26,336 nucleotides of DNA from an uncultured delta proteobacterium (lineage in GTDB: Bacteria > Desulfobacterota > Binatia > Bin18), in assembly GCA_963733195.1 (NCBI GenBank), contig CAVTCR010000043.1:1-26336 (forward strand), given 5' to 3'. Positions 1-9,834 of this stretch are shown piece after piece; the first letter of the stretch is position 1, and every line of letters begins with the position of its first letter. The position numbers and the translations under genes are program-made. The notes under the pieces are model-generated. The model saw nothing but the letters and a program-made list of their open reading frames with translations, searched no databases and was not told the origin of the DNA.

Positions 1-1597
1 TACCTATGAAAAAGCGGTGCCATATTTTACGCAACTCTTAGAAGCAGAACCGAAGTCACGCCTTCATACGCTCTACTATTTGCTCGCCCGAGTGAAAATG
101 TCTGATATTTGCGGGGTTGCCAATTTACTGGCAGAGGTACGAGGTTGGCAACAGATCTCCTCGGAAGAACGTGCTCTGGCGCATGAGCTGTTTTTCTTGA
201 TCGGAAGCCAATGTCTGAAGAATCAACACATACTATTTGCGACACGCTATTTGACTTGGGCTGAGGAGCTAATTCCTACACCAGAGGGCGCTGCTCTTTT
301 GGCGAAGGCGGTCGCACTGAGCACAGCGATAATGGAGAGTCCGGAGACCTCAGCGCAAATGCCTGAACCTGTGGCGTTAGAGGAGGAACACAGGGCGCTG
401 TATTGTAACCCGGAACCGCGCACGTTTCTGCAGCCGATTATGACAACTGTTGGTGTTGTGGCTCTAGCGGTTGCGCTTGGTTTTCCCCTCTTTTTTACTC
501 AGCCCTATAGTTTCCTGCCCTGGCAAAAAGAACGTTTCGTACCCTCTGAAGATACATTACCGCAGCGCTTTTCCGACAGTATGCCCGTTGCACCTGAGTC
601 AGTGCCGACAGAGCAGATTCGCAAACCTTCTCCGTCATCGGGTGCCTTGTCCCCACAAGCTGAGCCCGTGACTTCACCACCAAATTCTGACACCCGGGTT
701 AAAGTTGCTGCCGTGAACAATAGCCCGATTAAAGGAAAGTCCGAATCTACTGCGGCTTCTCTCTTACCCAAACCAGAATCAAATCCCAAGCCGAAACCGG
801 AGATCAGCAAACAATCTCAACGCTCTGGAGAGACAAAGAGAGAGCAGAAAGCGATTCTCTCCGTACCAACTGTTACGACGAATGGTCCCGCGGTTGTCGC
901 CAGTTCCACAGCACAGAGAAACTCGGAACCGAAGGAACAAGAAACAGAGATTTCTCTGACAGCGGTAGCGCCGCAACCGAACCAAATGGAAGAACCTATG
1001 GATCAATTCGCGGCGGCCTCTGTGCCGCAGCGTGAGACGGAAGTCCAAGAATCGCCGCTACCAGTGAATGACGTATCGCCTGAAAGTGCTGATTCATTGC
1101 CACCTGTGGAACTGGCGGCAGTAGCTGCTCCACTACCTGTAGAACAAAACGGTCCAGGGAAGATGGAGGAGGCGATGAGGACCCCATCACTTTCTGGGGC
1201 AGTAGAAGAAACAAAGAGTGTCATTGCCGCACTTGCCTCACAACTTCCCTATGCTACACGGTTTCCGATCCGTGAACGGGAGGTTGCTTTGTCTCCAGAA
1301 CAGCTATGGCCACAATTGAAAGCACTGGTGGAGCAAGAAACTGAAGTGTTGTTACGTGAAGACAAAGAACAGGGAGTGTTGCATGGCATGATCGTACAGC
1401 GACAACTGAGACCTCGCATCCATACTTTCAAACCCTATGGACATTACCTCGTCGAGGTAGCCCCAGGGACGACAGTAGGGACGAGTCTCGTTCGTGCAAA
1501 AATCCTCACGTTTGACTGGCGGACCAAGCGTCCAATCCCTGGCGCAGAAAGCCTTGCCGATCGCTTTTTGCAGAAAATCGGAGTAGAGATGAAATGA
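1..1597 (+). CDS. 5'-partial hypothetical membrane protein: TPR-like N-terminus, single TM helix, Pro/Ser/Glu-rich linker, small C-terminal globular domain
   Basis: The frame of ORF 17..1597 is open to the window edge (TYEKAVPYFTQLLEAEPK, TPR-like), so the real start is probably upstream. Hydrophobic segment IMTTVGVVALAVALGFPLFF is followed by about 240 aa of low-complexity sequence. Confidence 0.65.
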   Translation, partial: TYEKAVPYFTQLLEAEPKSRLHTLYYLLARVKMSDICGVANLLAEVRGWQQISSEERALAHELFFLIGSQCLKNQHILFATRYLTWAEELIPTPEGAALLAKAVALSTAIMESPETSAQMPEPVALEEEHRALYCNPEPRTFLQPIMTTVGVVALAVALGFPLFFTQPYSFLPWQKERFVPSEDTLPQRFSDSMPVAPESVPTEQIRKPSPSSGALSPQAEPVTSPPNSDTRVKVAAVNNSPIKGKSESTAASLLPKPESNPKPKPEISKQSQRSGETKREQKAILSVPTVTTNGPAVVASSTAQRNSEPKEQETEISLTAVAPQPNQMEEPMDQFAAASVPQRETEVQESPLPVNDVSPESADSLPPVELAAVAAPLPVEQNGPGKMEEAMRTPSLSGAVEETKSVIAALASQLPYATRFPIREREVALSPEQLWPQLKALVEQETEVLLREDKEQGVLHGMIVQRQLRPRIHTFKPYGHYLVEVAPGTTVGTSLVRAKILTFDWRTKRPIPGAESLADRFLQKIGVEMK

Positions 1598-1613
1598 GAG
1601 GTTCTTGTATACG

Positions 1614-1640
1614 GGAACTTTTGTGTCTATAGGGAGATTA
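1614..1640 (+). promoter_or_regulatory. Possible ECF-type autoregulatory promoter
   Basis: GGAACTT at 1614-1620 matches the common ECF -35 motif and lies just upstream of the ECF sigma gene (RBS AGAGGA before ATG 1661). The -10 element is not clearly identifiable. Confidence 0.4.
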
Positions 1641-1660
1641 TACCCTAAAGAGGAAAATTC

Positions 1661-2329
1661 ATGACTGATATTGCGTCTGCATTCCTACCGCGAGATTTGG
1701 CTGCAGGGGAAGCAGGAATACAGACGAAATCGGCGCTATTCGAGGCACATGCACTTGCCTGTAAGGAGGCGGTGTATGCGGCATGTCTGGCGCTCGTGCG
1801 GCGGAAAGACGAAGCCGACGACCTCTTTCAAGAAACCTACCTCCGCGCGTTTCGCTTTTTCCATCAATTTACTCCGGGAACCAACTGCCGCGCTTGGCTG
1901 TTGACGATCATGTATAATGTGTTCAGAAACCACTATCCGCAACGGGTGCGGGACCACCAGATGTTAGATATCGAGCGGGTAACGAACGAATACGAGGAAA
2001 GGTTGTTTGTTGATGGGGATACCGAGCTTCATGACCCGGCGGCACTGTTCCTCGCGCGGAGAGTCGATAACGAAATCCTTGAGGCGCTCCACATGTTACC
2101 AGAGGAATACCGCAGCACGTTCCTCTTAGTGGATATGGGAGATTTGACGTATGAGGAAGCCGCAGCCGTCCTGAGATGTCCGACTGGGACGGTACGCTCG
2201 CGATTGGCTCGGGCGCGACGGGCATTACGGGCAGCCCTAGAGGGCTATGCGCGTGAACATGGGTACCTACGGAATGACTCTCAGCCTGAACCGACGGTCC
2301 CACAGGAAACGATAAAGAGTACGTTATGA
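1661..2329 (+). CDS. ECF RNA polymerase sigma-70 factor (SigH/RpoE-like)
   Basis: Region 2 motif ADDLFQETYLRAFRFFHQFTPGTNCRAWLLTIMYN. Region 4 motif LTYEEAAAVLRCPTGTVRSRLARAR. Confidence 0.95.
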   Translation: MTDIASAFLPRDLAAGEAGIQTKSALFEAHALACKEAVYAACLALVRRKDEADDLFQETYLRAFRFFHQFTPGTNCRAWLLTIMYNVFRNHYPQRVRDHQMLDIERVTNEYEERLFVDGDTELHDPAALFLARRVDNEILEALHMLPEEYRSTFLLVDMGDLTYEEAAAVLRCPTGTVRSRLARARRALRAALEGYAREHGYLRNDSQPEPTVPQETIKSTL

Positions 2330-3150
2330 CGTGTGAAACGTACCGTGATTTGATTGCTGCTCATGTGGATGGAAATCTGGCCCTCGCCGAACGGCAAGAG
2401 GTCGAACGCCACCTCGCGAGCTGTAAAAACTGTTCACTACTTTTCGCTGATCAACAACGATTTCGACAGATCTCCCGTGCATGGCACTGGGAAGTGCCGA
2501 TTCCCCTTGACGTTGAACATCATTTACGTGTGGCAATAGCAGCTGAAAGTTCACCCCTCCAACACTGGTGGCAAAAGGCACGCAGACAGTGTGCGTCTTG
2601 GCTACAACCCCCGCAAGCAGCGTTTGTCCTGGTTGCTACTGCGGTCTTATTGCTAACGCTTATCGTACCGAAGGACCAGGTTCCCTTGAAGAGCCAAGTC
2701 CGTCCTCCAGAACCGGCCAAACAGACTGAACAGGCCGTGCTTGATGCGGCGGCGGAATACTACAGGGCGGTCAAGACTGGCGAATTGCCGCTTGCCTATG
2801 CGACCAACAATCCGCGTGAACTAGAGACCGCTCTTAAAGTTTCAGAACGTCTAAACTTTTCTGTCTACGTGCCGGATCTCCGACCAGGCGGCTATGAGCT
2901 CAACGGCGGGATAGTCGTTGAGATTGGTGGAAAACCAGCAGTGATTACTGTCTACCAAGGGGAAGAAGGACAAGTGCTCTGTCTCCGACAAAGCGGCACG
3001 ATGCCTTCCCCTCCGCGTGGTGCACGGCAACTGCGAGAACAAGAATATCTCTACGCCAAACCTGGCCAGACTGCTCTCTACAAGCAGCTTCCAGGCCAGT
3101 TTCGTGTGATAGTCACGGGACTGCCAGCGGAGACATTTCTGGCCTACTAA
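2326..3150 (+). CDS. Zinc-binding (zf-HC2) transmembrane anti-sigma factor
   Basis: N-terminal Cys plus HLASCKNC (HxxxCxxC); TM segment AAFVLVATAVLLLTLIV; ATGA overlap with the sigma stop codon. Confidence 0.92.
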   Translation: MTCETYRDLIAAHVDGNLALAERQEVERHLASCKNCSLLFADQQRFRQISRAWHWEVPIPLDVEHHLRVAIAAESSPLQHWWQKARRQCASWLQPPQAAFVLVATAVLLLTLIVPKDQVPLKSQVRPPEPAKQTEQAVLDAAAEYYRAVKTGELPLAYATNNPRELETALKVSERLNFSVYVPDLRPGGYELNGGIVVEIGGKPAVITVYQGEEGQVLCLRQSGTMPSPPRGARQLREQEYLYAKPGQTALYKQLPGQFRVIVTGLPAETFLAY

Positions 3151-3226
3151 TTCTCTTGAGCTCTACCAAGCAGGGTAGGGTAAGAACGTTACGACTGTCG
3201 TTGTCCGGAAGGAAGCGAGTCGACTG

Positions 3227-5017
3227 TTACTGTAGTCCAGCTTTTTGCAGTCCCGTAACTATTCGTTCTAATGTGACTTTGTCCTTATACGGAATCCCCT
3301 CGCGCACGTTGGCAAGGGAGAATTGTGGATTGATCCGCAATATCTCGTCAACTTCAGTCTGCGCGTCCTTGTGCTGTCCTATCTCGCTGAAGATTACGGC
3401 CAGCATAAGGTGTGTAGTCACATGATCAGGATTGCGTGCGATGACACGTTTCAATGTGGTAATGGCTTCGTCGGTTCTTCCTATAAAAGCGTAGGCTTGC
3501 CCAAGCGACCATAGATACGAAATCGGATAGCGAGGATTGAGCCGCATCGCTTGCTCAACGAGGGGTACCGCCTCTGCGGGTCGTCCGGCGAAACTGAGGA
3601 TCTCGCCTAACGTGTCATGAGCGTCAGCAGAATTCGGATCAAGTGCAATGGCACGTTGAGCAGCAGCGATCGCTTGATCGTGCTGTTTCTGTCCGAGATA
3701 GGCATACGCCAGCGTTTCGTGAGCAACAGAGAGCGTATCATCCAACGTGACGGCACGTTGAGCGAATGTCAACAACTGCATAACTGCGTGTGAGTGTTCT
3801 CCCCACTGAAAAGCAAGTTCCATCAGGTACGTGCGTCCGAGCATCGCATAGGCGGCAGCAAACTGTCCGTCTAGCTCGATCGCACGTTCAAACATCTGTC
3901 GTGCCCGCATGTTTGCGTCTTGAGTACGGAGGGCGTGGTACTCAAGCCCGTGCAAAAAAAAGTCATACGCCTCCAGATTATTGGTGGGTACGCGGCGAAT
4001 TCGTTCTTTCTCGCTTTGAGTGAGCTTCACTTGGAGCGCAGTAACAATTTTTTCTGTGACTTCGTCCTGAACTGCAAAAATATCTTGTAATTCACGATCG
4101 TAGCGCTCAGCCCAGAGATGATAGCCAGTCGTGGCGTCGATCAACTGTGCGGTAATCCGCACCCTATTACTGGCTTTGCGTATACTGCCTTCGAGGAGGT
4201 AGCGAACTCCTAACTCTTTGCTTACCTGTTCAGGCCGAACCGCCTTGCCTTTGTAAAGGAATGCGGAATTACGCGAGATAACGAAGAGACCCGACAACTT
4301 CGAGATGTCGGTGATGAGATCTTCGGTAATCCCGTCACTGAAGTATTCCTGCTCGACGTCACCACTTAAATTCAAAAAGGGCAAGACCACGATCGATGGC
4401 TTGTCCGGGAGTGCGAGAACAGGAGCACTTTCATTCTGTTCTGCGCCATCGATTGTAGCGCGTGGTTCGAGGACAACACGAAAGACGCGCACCGGCCGAA
4501 CAATATTTTTTACCGATTGCTCCCCAAGGGCGACATAGCTGAGTGGCAGCTTATTTTCGACCTGTTCATGTACTGCGCCGGAGATGCAAATCCCGCCGCC
4601 GTCAGCTAGTCCCTCTAGACGCGCGGCAATGTTGACGCCATCGCCGTAGATGCGGTCACCTTCGACGATGACATCCCCGACATTGATACCAATACGAAAC
4701 TCCATACGTTGGTCGGGGAGAAGCGTGTCGTTGCGTTGCTTCAGCTCACGCTGAACCTCAACTGCACCTTGCACGGCGTCGACCACACTGGCAAACTCCG
4801 CGAGTAAATTATCCCCAGGAGAGTCGATCACCCGTCCACGATACTGTCCGATAAGCGTGGTCATTCGCTCACGGTATGATGCGAGCGTACGGATTGTGGT
4901 CATCTCATCCGCACTCATGAGACGACTGTACCCTTTGACGTCTGCGCTCAGGATGGCGGTCAGTTTGCGCATGACGTTTTGCGAGAGAGTTTGTTCTTTT
5001 GTTTCTGCGTTCGTCAT
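3227..5017 (-). CDS. Class III adenylate/guanylate cyclase with TolB-like and TPR domains
   Basis: Cyclase motifs ILSADVKGYS, PGDNLLAEF and GDGVNIAARLE; TolB-like PDKPSIVVLPFLNLSGDVEQEYFSDGITED; C-terminal TPR repeats. Confidence 0.95.
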   Translation of the reverse strand: MTNAETKEQTLSQNVMRKLTAILSADVKGYSRLMSADEMTTIRTLASYRERMTTLIGQYRGRVIDSPGDNLLAEFASVVDAVQGAVEVQRELKQRNDTLLPDQRMEFRIGINVGDVIVEGDRIYGDGVNIAARLEGLADGGGICISGAVHEQVENKLPLSYVALGEQSVKNIVRPVRVFRVVLEPRATIDGAEQNESAPVLALPDKPSIVVLPFLNLSGDVEQEYFSDGITEDLITDISKLSGLFVISRNSAFLYKGKAVRPEQVSKELGVRYLLEGSIRKASNRVRITAQLIDATTGYHLWAERYDRELQDIFAVQDEVTEKIVTALQVKLTQSEKERIRRVPTNNLEAYDFFLHGLEYHALRTQDANMRARQMFERAIELDGQFAAAYAMLGRTYLMELAFQWGEHSHAVMQLLTFAQRAVTLDDTLSVAHETLAYAYLGQKQHDQAIAAAQRAIALDPNSADAHDTLGEILSFAGRPAEAVPLVEQAMRLNPRYPISYLWSLGQAYAFIGRTDEAITTLKRVIARNPDHVTTHLMLAVIFSEIGQHKDAQTEVDEILRINPQFSLANVREGIPYKDKVTLERIVTGLQKAGLQ

Positions 5018-5163
5018 GGCAACTCAGCAATAGGCGAATAGAAAGCGAAAATCAAGTGGGATCGCAAAAATCTCCGGAGAGGTAAGTTTGTGCCAGTAGT
5101 CTCCTACATGGGAGAACAACCGCCAGAGGCGGATGGCCTCTGGCACACTTAATAATGGGGTTG

Positions 5164-6330
5164 CTATTTCCGTAATAGACGGAAAAAGGTGCGTATGTCT
5201 TCAACCAGCCGCTGTGGTTCTTCCATCGGGGCAAAATGCCCACCCGAGGGCATCGTTGTCCAGTGCTTCAGGTTATAATAGCGCTCTGCCCATTTGCGAG
5301 GTAGCAAAATTACCTCTTTTTGAAATACACCGATGCCTGTCGGTGATTCCACGACCGGTGTACGAGTATGCGATGCTTTCCATGGATTATGAACGCACTC
5401 ATAGTAATAGCGTGCGGACGTTCCATAACTCTCTGTGACCCAATATAACGTCATGGTTGTGAGAAGTTCATCCTTCGTGAATCGCTTTTCTACGTTACCA
5501 TCGCAATCACTCCATGTGCGTCGCTTCTCCAAGATCCACGAACACAAGCCCGCTGGCGAGTCATTCAAGGCATGCGCGATGGTCTGTGGCTTGGTGGTCT
5601 GCAGAGCAGAATATCCACTTTCGGCGGTAAAAAAGTTGACGTTGCGTTGGTACCAACCTTTTTCGTCAGGACCGTACTCCGATTCTGCTGGCAACCCACC
5701 GATAAATACATCCAGTGGGACCATGAGGTGCATGTAGGTACCGATCAAGTGTTCAGCATACTTATGGCCAAGCTGGGCGGTTATGATCGCTCCCCAATCG
5801 CCGCCCTCAGCAGCGAACTTCTGATAGCCCAGCACATCTTTCATCAGCGTCACCCACAGGTCAGCTGTACGCCAGAAATTGATTCCCGGCGTAGTGAGTG
5901 GTGTCGAGAACCCATAGCCGGGAAGCGACGGAACCACCACATCAAAGGCATCGTTAGGATCGCCACCAAAAGCCGCAGGGTCGGCAAGAGGACGAATGAC
6001 TTTGTGCAAGTCCCAGAACGTCCATGGCCAACCGTGGCTGAGAATCAACGGAATTGGTTTGGGGCCTTTGCCAGGTTCGTGAATGAAGTGGATAGGAACA
6101 TTCTCGATTGTTGTCTTATAATGCGAGAACGCATTCATTTCTCGTTCATGTTTGTGCCAGTCATATTGATGAATCCAGTAATCGACCAGTTCCTTGAGAT
6201 ACGCCAGGTTGGTGCCGTACTCCCAGTTGGCGTTGGCGAAATCATGTGGCCAGCGTGTTTTCTTCAATCGTTCGCGTAGATCAGTTAGCGTAGCTTCTGG
6301 GACAGAGATGGTGAAGGGTTCTTTCCGCAT
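5164..6330 (-). CDS. Epoxide hydrolase (microsomal type, EHN domain plus alpha/beta hydrolase)
   Basis: Motifs DLRERLKKTRWP, HGWPW, PSLPGYGFS, nucleophile GGDWG and catalytic His GGHFAPMEEP. RBS AAGGAG upstream. Confidence 0.95.
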   Translation of the reverse strand: MRKEPFTISVPEATLTDLRERLKKTRWPHDFANANWEYGTNLAYLKELVDYWIHQYDWHKHEREMNAFSHYKTTIENVPIHFIHEPGKGPKPIPLILSHGWPWTFWDLHKVIRPLADPAAFGGDPNDAFDVVVPSLPGYGFSTPLTTPGINFWRTADLWVTLMKDVLGYQKFAAEGGDWGAIITAQLGHKYAEHLIGTYMHLMVPLDVFIGGLPAESEYGPDEKGWYQRNVNFFTAESGYSALQTTKPQTIAHALNDSPAGLCSWILEKRRTWSDCDGNVEKRFTKDELLTTMTLYWVTESYGTSARYYYECVHNPWKASHTRTPVVESPTGIGVFQKEVILLPRKWAERYYNLKHWTTMPSGGHFAPMEEPQRLVEDIRTFFRLLRK

Positions 6331-6509
6331 GCGGCGCTCCTTCGTGTAGGGAATTTGTCTCTCCTAAATCATCGCTAGGAGCGGAAAGCAAGGGAAGAGG
6401 AGGTCGACGCGATGCGCCTGCTCCCTTCTTAGGGTGCATATGAGCGTTCTTTTCTTGTCCCTGAGAAGCGCCCGTGCTATGGCGAGGACAGTAAGGAGGG
6501 ATGAATAGC

Positions 6510-7904
6510 ATGGCTTCTGCGGAACTTTTGCAGCTTGGCATCACTGAGGCGCTTGCCCATATCCGTTCTCGACAGTTTTCGCCGGTTGAGCTGACCCGCG
6601 CCTATCTTGAACGCATCAGCCAGCTCAATTCCATGCTGAATGTGTATCTTACTGTGATGGCCGAAGAAGCACTCGCAATGGCGACGGCGGCAGAACAGCA
6701 ACTGATGAACAGTGAAGATCTCGGTCCATTGCATGGCATTCCAGTGGCACTCAAAGATAATTGTGATGTAACCGGCATACGCATGACAGCAGGCACGAAG
6801 TTCCTGCAAAATAATGTTGCTACCTCGGACAGCGAGGTGACGGCTCGGCTGCGACGTGCTGGTGCGATCTTTCTTGGCAAGACGCATATGCACGAATGGG
6901 CAATCGGTGCGACGACACGGAATCCACATTTCGGCCCGTGTCGAAATCCGTGGGACCCAAGTCGTGTTCCTGGCGGATCAAGTGGTGGTTCTGGTGCAGC
7001 ACTTGCATCTGATATGGCGCTGGCAACGATTGGTACCGACACCGGCGGATCAGTACGTATTCCTGCTGCGCTCAACGGTATCTCTGGTATTCGCCCGACG
7101 GCTGGTAGAGTCAGCATTCGTGGTGTAATTCCCGTCAGTTGGACGTTTGACACTATCGGCCCCATGGCGCGCCGTGCGGAAGACGTTGCGCACTTGCTCC
7201 AAGTTATTGCCGGGTATGATCCTCACGAGTCAACCTCGATTGACGTACCAGTCCCGGACTACTTTGCTACTCTTCGCTCTGGCGTCAAAGGCTTACGAGC
7301 GGGGCTTTGTACTGGTCATTTTCGGAAAGAGCCAATCCCATCTGTAACAAGTGCAGTCCAACACGCTGCACGGACGTTCCAAGATCTTGGGGCTCATGTG
7401 GAAGAACTTGAACTGACCGGAGCAGAATCTGCCATTGACCGTATGAGTGAGCTGATCCTCACTGACGCAGCAGCGTATCATCAAGAGCGACGTGCAGCGC
7501 GCCCCCAGGATTTCGGCCAAGATGTCATGACCCGTTTGAATCGCGGGGCGGCAGTAACAGGAATGCAGTATGCACTCGCGCGCCAAGCCCAACGCGAGTG
7601 GCAACGAAAGATGGAGGAGGTTTTTACGCGTTACGATATCCTGCTCGCCCCGACCTGTGGCATGGCCGCACCAATTATCGAGCAAAGTGAAGGTGTAGAA
7701 ACTACGCGGTTGCTCACGCGTTTCACGTATCCATTCAACCTCGCCCAGGTTCCAGTGCTGAGCATTCCGTGTGGTTTCACCGAAGAACGTATGCCCATTG
7801 GCCTACAGGTTGCGGCACGTCATTGGCATGAAGCGCTGATCTTGCGCGTCGCCTGGGCTTATCAACAAGCGACGGATTGGCACTTGCAACGACCAGCATT
7901 GTAA
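6510..7904 (+). CDS. Amidase signature family protein (GatA-like amidase)
   Basis: Ser-cisSer-Lys motifs GPLHGIPVALKD, PGGSSGGSG and IGTDTGGSVRIPA. No gatB/gatC adjacent, so not called gatA. Start is either 6501 or 6510. Confidence 0.93.
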   Translation: MASAELLQLGITEALAHIRSRQFSPVELTRAYLERISQLNSMLNVYLTVMAEEALAMATAAEQQLMNSEDLGPLHGIPVALKDNCDVTGIRMTAGTKFLQNNVATSDSEVTARLRRAGAIFLGKTHMHEWAIGATTRNPHFGPCRNPWDPSRVPGGSSGGSGAALASDMALATIGTDTGGSVRIPAALNGISGIRPTAGRVSIRGVIPVSWTFDTIGPMARRAEDVAHLLQVIAGYDPHESTSIDVPVPDYFATLRSGVKGLRAGLCTGHFRKEPIPSVTSAVQHAARTFQDLGAHVEELELTGAESAIDRMSELILTDAAAYHQERRAARPQDFGQDVMTRLNRGAAVTGMQYALARQAQREWQRKMEEVFTRYDILLAPTCGMAAPIIEQSEGVETTRLLTRFTYPFNLAQVPVLSIPCGFTEERMPIGLQVAARHWHEALILRVAWAYQQATDWHLQRPAL

Positions 7905-7915
7905 AGGAGAACTCC

Positions 7916-8944
7916 ATGCATATCGGTATGTACGCGACAACCCATGGCCTGATGTACCGTGACGATACCAACGCGTTTCTGCGTAGTCTATCTGCGAGTG
8001 CAATGCAGCCCGTACGGATCGCTCAGTTAATCGAGCAGGCTGGATTCCATTCGATGTGGTTTCCTGATCATGTGTGTATGCCACTCCAATCAGCCAGTGA
8101 GCATGTTGCGAATACCTCGGGTCAGCGCGCCTACGAATCGCATCACACTATGCTCGACGCTGCGGTCACAATGGGTGCAGTGGCAGTGAGTACGAGCCGT
8201 CTCAAACTAGGTACCAGCGTATTGATTTCGCCGTATCGCCATCCCCTGAACGATGCGCGCCAGTTCGCCACGGTTGATCATCTGTCTAACGGGCGGTTAC
8301 TTTTTGGCGTCGGTGCCGGATGGATGCAAGAGGAATTTGCGGCAGTCGGTGTACCGTATGAAGGGCGTGGACCACGGACAGATGAATGCATCGAGATCTA
8401 CAAACGTGCGTGGACGCACGATGTTGTGAGCTTTCAAGGACGTTTTTACCAGTTTGCCAATGTCTCTATGGACCCCAAGCCAGTACAGCGTCCACACCCG
8501 CCAATCCTCTATGGTGGCGTCACTGCTGGCGGTGCCCGGCGTGCAATTCGCTATTGCGACGGGTTTTATCCGATTTTCCTTGATACCTATGCTGAGCCTA
8601 CCCGCTACGCCGACTTGCAAGATCTCATTCGTCGAGAGGGTGAAAAACTAAAACGTGACCTGTCACGCTTCTCGATGATCGGGGTTACCTCAGCCCGACT
8701 CACCGCAGCAAACGCGCCGGAGGCACAGGCAAAACGGCGACGAATCTGCACGGGTACTGCAGAGCAGGTGTTAAGCGACCTCGCGTGTTTTGCCGAAGCT
8801 GGATATTCCCTTGTCATTCTGTTCTTCGACTGTCCCTCAGGGCAGATGGCGGAACTAGAAGAACAGATTCACCACTGTGGACAGGAGGTGATTCCACACG
8901 CGATACGTATCACTCCCAAAGGAGAGTGGAATACCAAGTTGTAA
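7916..8944 (+). CDS. LLM-class (luciferase-like) oxidoreductase, probably F420-dependent
   Basis: Motifs WFPDHV, LKLGTSVLISPYRHP, GVGAGWMQEEF and PKPVQRPHPPILYGG. RBS AAGGAG precedes ATG 7916. Confidence 0.9.
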   Translation: MHIGMYATTHGLMYRDDTNAFLRSLSASAMQPVRIAQLIEQAGFHSMWFPDHVCMPLQSASEHVANTSGQRAYESHHTMLDAAVTMGAVAVSTSRLKLGTSVLISPYRHPLNDARQFATVDHLSNGRLLFGVGAGWMQEEFAAVGVPYEGRGPRTDECIEIYKRAWTHDVVSFQGRFYQFANVSMDPKPVQRPHPPILYGGVTAGGARRAIRYCDGFYPIFLDTYAEPTRYADLQDLIRREGEKLKRDLSRFSMIGVTSARLTAANAPEAQAKRRRICTGTAEQVLSDLACFAEAGYSLVILFFDCPSGQMAELEEQIHHCGQEVIPHAIRITPKGEWNTKL

Positions 8945-8948
8945 ATTG

Positions 8949-9818
8949 CTAGTCCGTCTCCATTGGTGTCTCCGGATCGTCAGTCCACTCTGTAAGGGAT
9001 CCATCGTAGACGGCGACGTTTTCGATGCCCAGCAGTGTTAACACAAATGCGTCGCTGCACGCTGCAATACCGCCACCACAATAGGTAACGACGTGTTTTC
9101 GATTCAGCGCCCCGACTTCTGCAAACCGAGCACGCAACTGTTTTGCTGGTAGATACGCATGCGTTTCTGGGTCGACCAGCGTCATGAAGGGAACGTTTAC
9201 GCTCGATTTGATACGCCCAGGACGCTTGTAGCGAGATTGTCCTTTCCCAGCGTGTTCCTCGGATGTCAGTGCATTAATGATGCAGGTCGTCTCGTTGCCT
9301 ATCGCTGTCAGCACGTCTGGTTTACTGGCAATCAACTGCGGACGGGGGCGCGCAACAAAATGCCCAAAAGGATGCTTTGTTGGCGTGGTTGATACCGGAC
9401 GCTCTTCTTGCCGCCACTTACGCCACCCTCCACTCAGGACGGCTGCGTTATCAAAGCCAAATGCACGCAACATCCACCACACGCGTGCGGCCCAGATATT
9501 CATCAGGGAGTCGTAGAGTACGACGTGGATTCCTTCACTCACACCGTAGCGTGACATCGCCTCCGCAAACCGCTCTGCTGAAGGCATGGTGAACATGAAG
9601 CGGCCGTGAGGATCAGAAAGCTCCTTCGTGAGATCAGCAAATCCACTGCCAGGAATGTGTCCTTCTTGCCACTTCTGATAGCCACTCTCGACGCGGTAAC
9701 CACGTCCTTTGTCAGCATGCAAAAACACTGTACAGTCGAGGATACGAAGATTAGAATCGTTCAGATGCGCTGCTAGCCAATCTGTCTCGACGAGATACTC
9801 GGGATGTTTAAAGGGCAT
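8949..9818 (-). CDS. Sulfurtransferase (tandem rhodanese, SseA/MST-like)
   Basis: Motifs LVETDWLAAHL, GHIPGS, AARVWWML, active-site loop YCGGGIAA and VYDGSLTEW. RBS GAGGAG precedes ATG 9818. Confidence 0.93.
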   Translation of the reverse strand: MPFKHPEYLVETDWLAAHLNDSNLRILDCTVFLHADKGRGYRVESGYQKWQEGHIPGSGFADLTKELSDPHGRFMFTMPSAERFAEAMSRYGVSEGIHVVLYDSLMNIWAARVWWMLRAFGFDNAAVLSGGWRKWRQEERPVSTTPTKHPFGHFVARPRPQLIASKPDVLTAIGNETTCIINALTSEEHAGKGQSRYKRPGRIKSSVNVPFMTLVDPETHAYLPAKQLRARFAEVGALNRKHVVTYCGGGIAACSDAFVLTLLGIENVAVYDGSLTEWTDDPETPMETD

Positions 9819-9834
9819 TATCTTCTCCTCTGTC

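Noticed and set aside
5572-6279. 235-aa plus-strand ORF and similar short ORFs opposite well-supported genes
   Set aside because: Antisense or alternate-frame shadows with no motifs or RBS.
6501-7904. gatA assignment
   Set aside because: No gatC/gatB neighbours and the context is catabolic, so it is left as a generic amidase.
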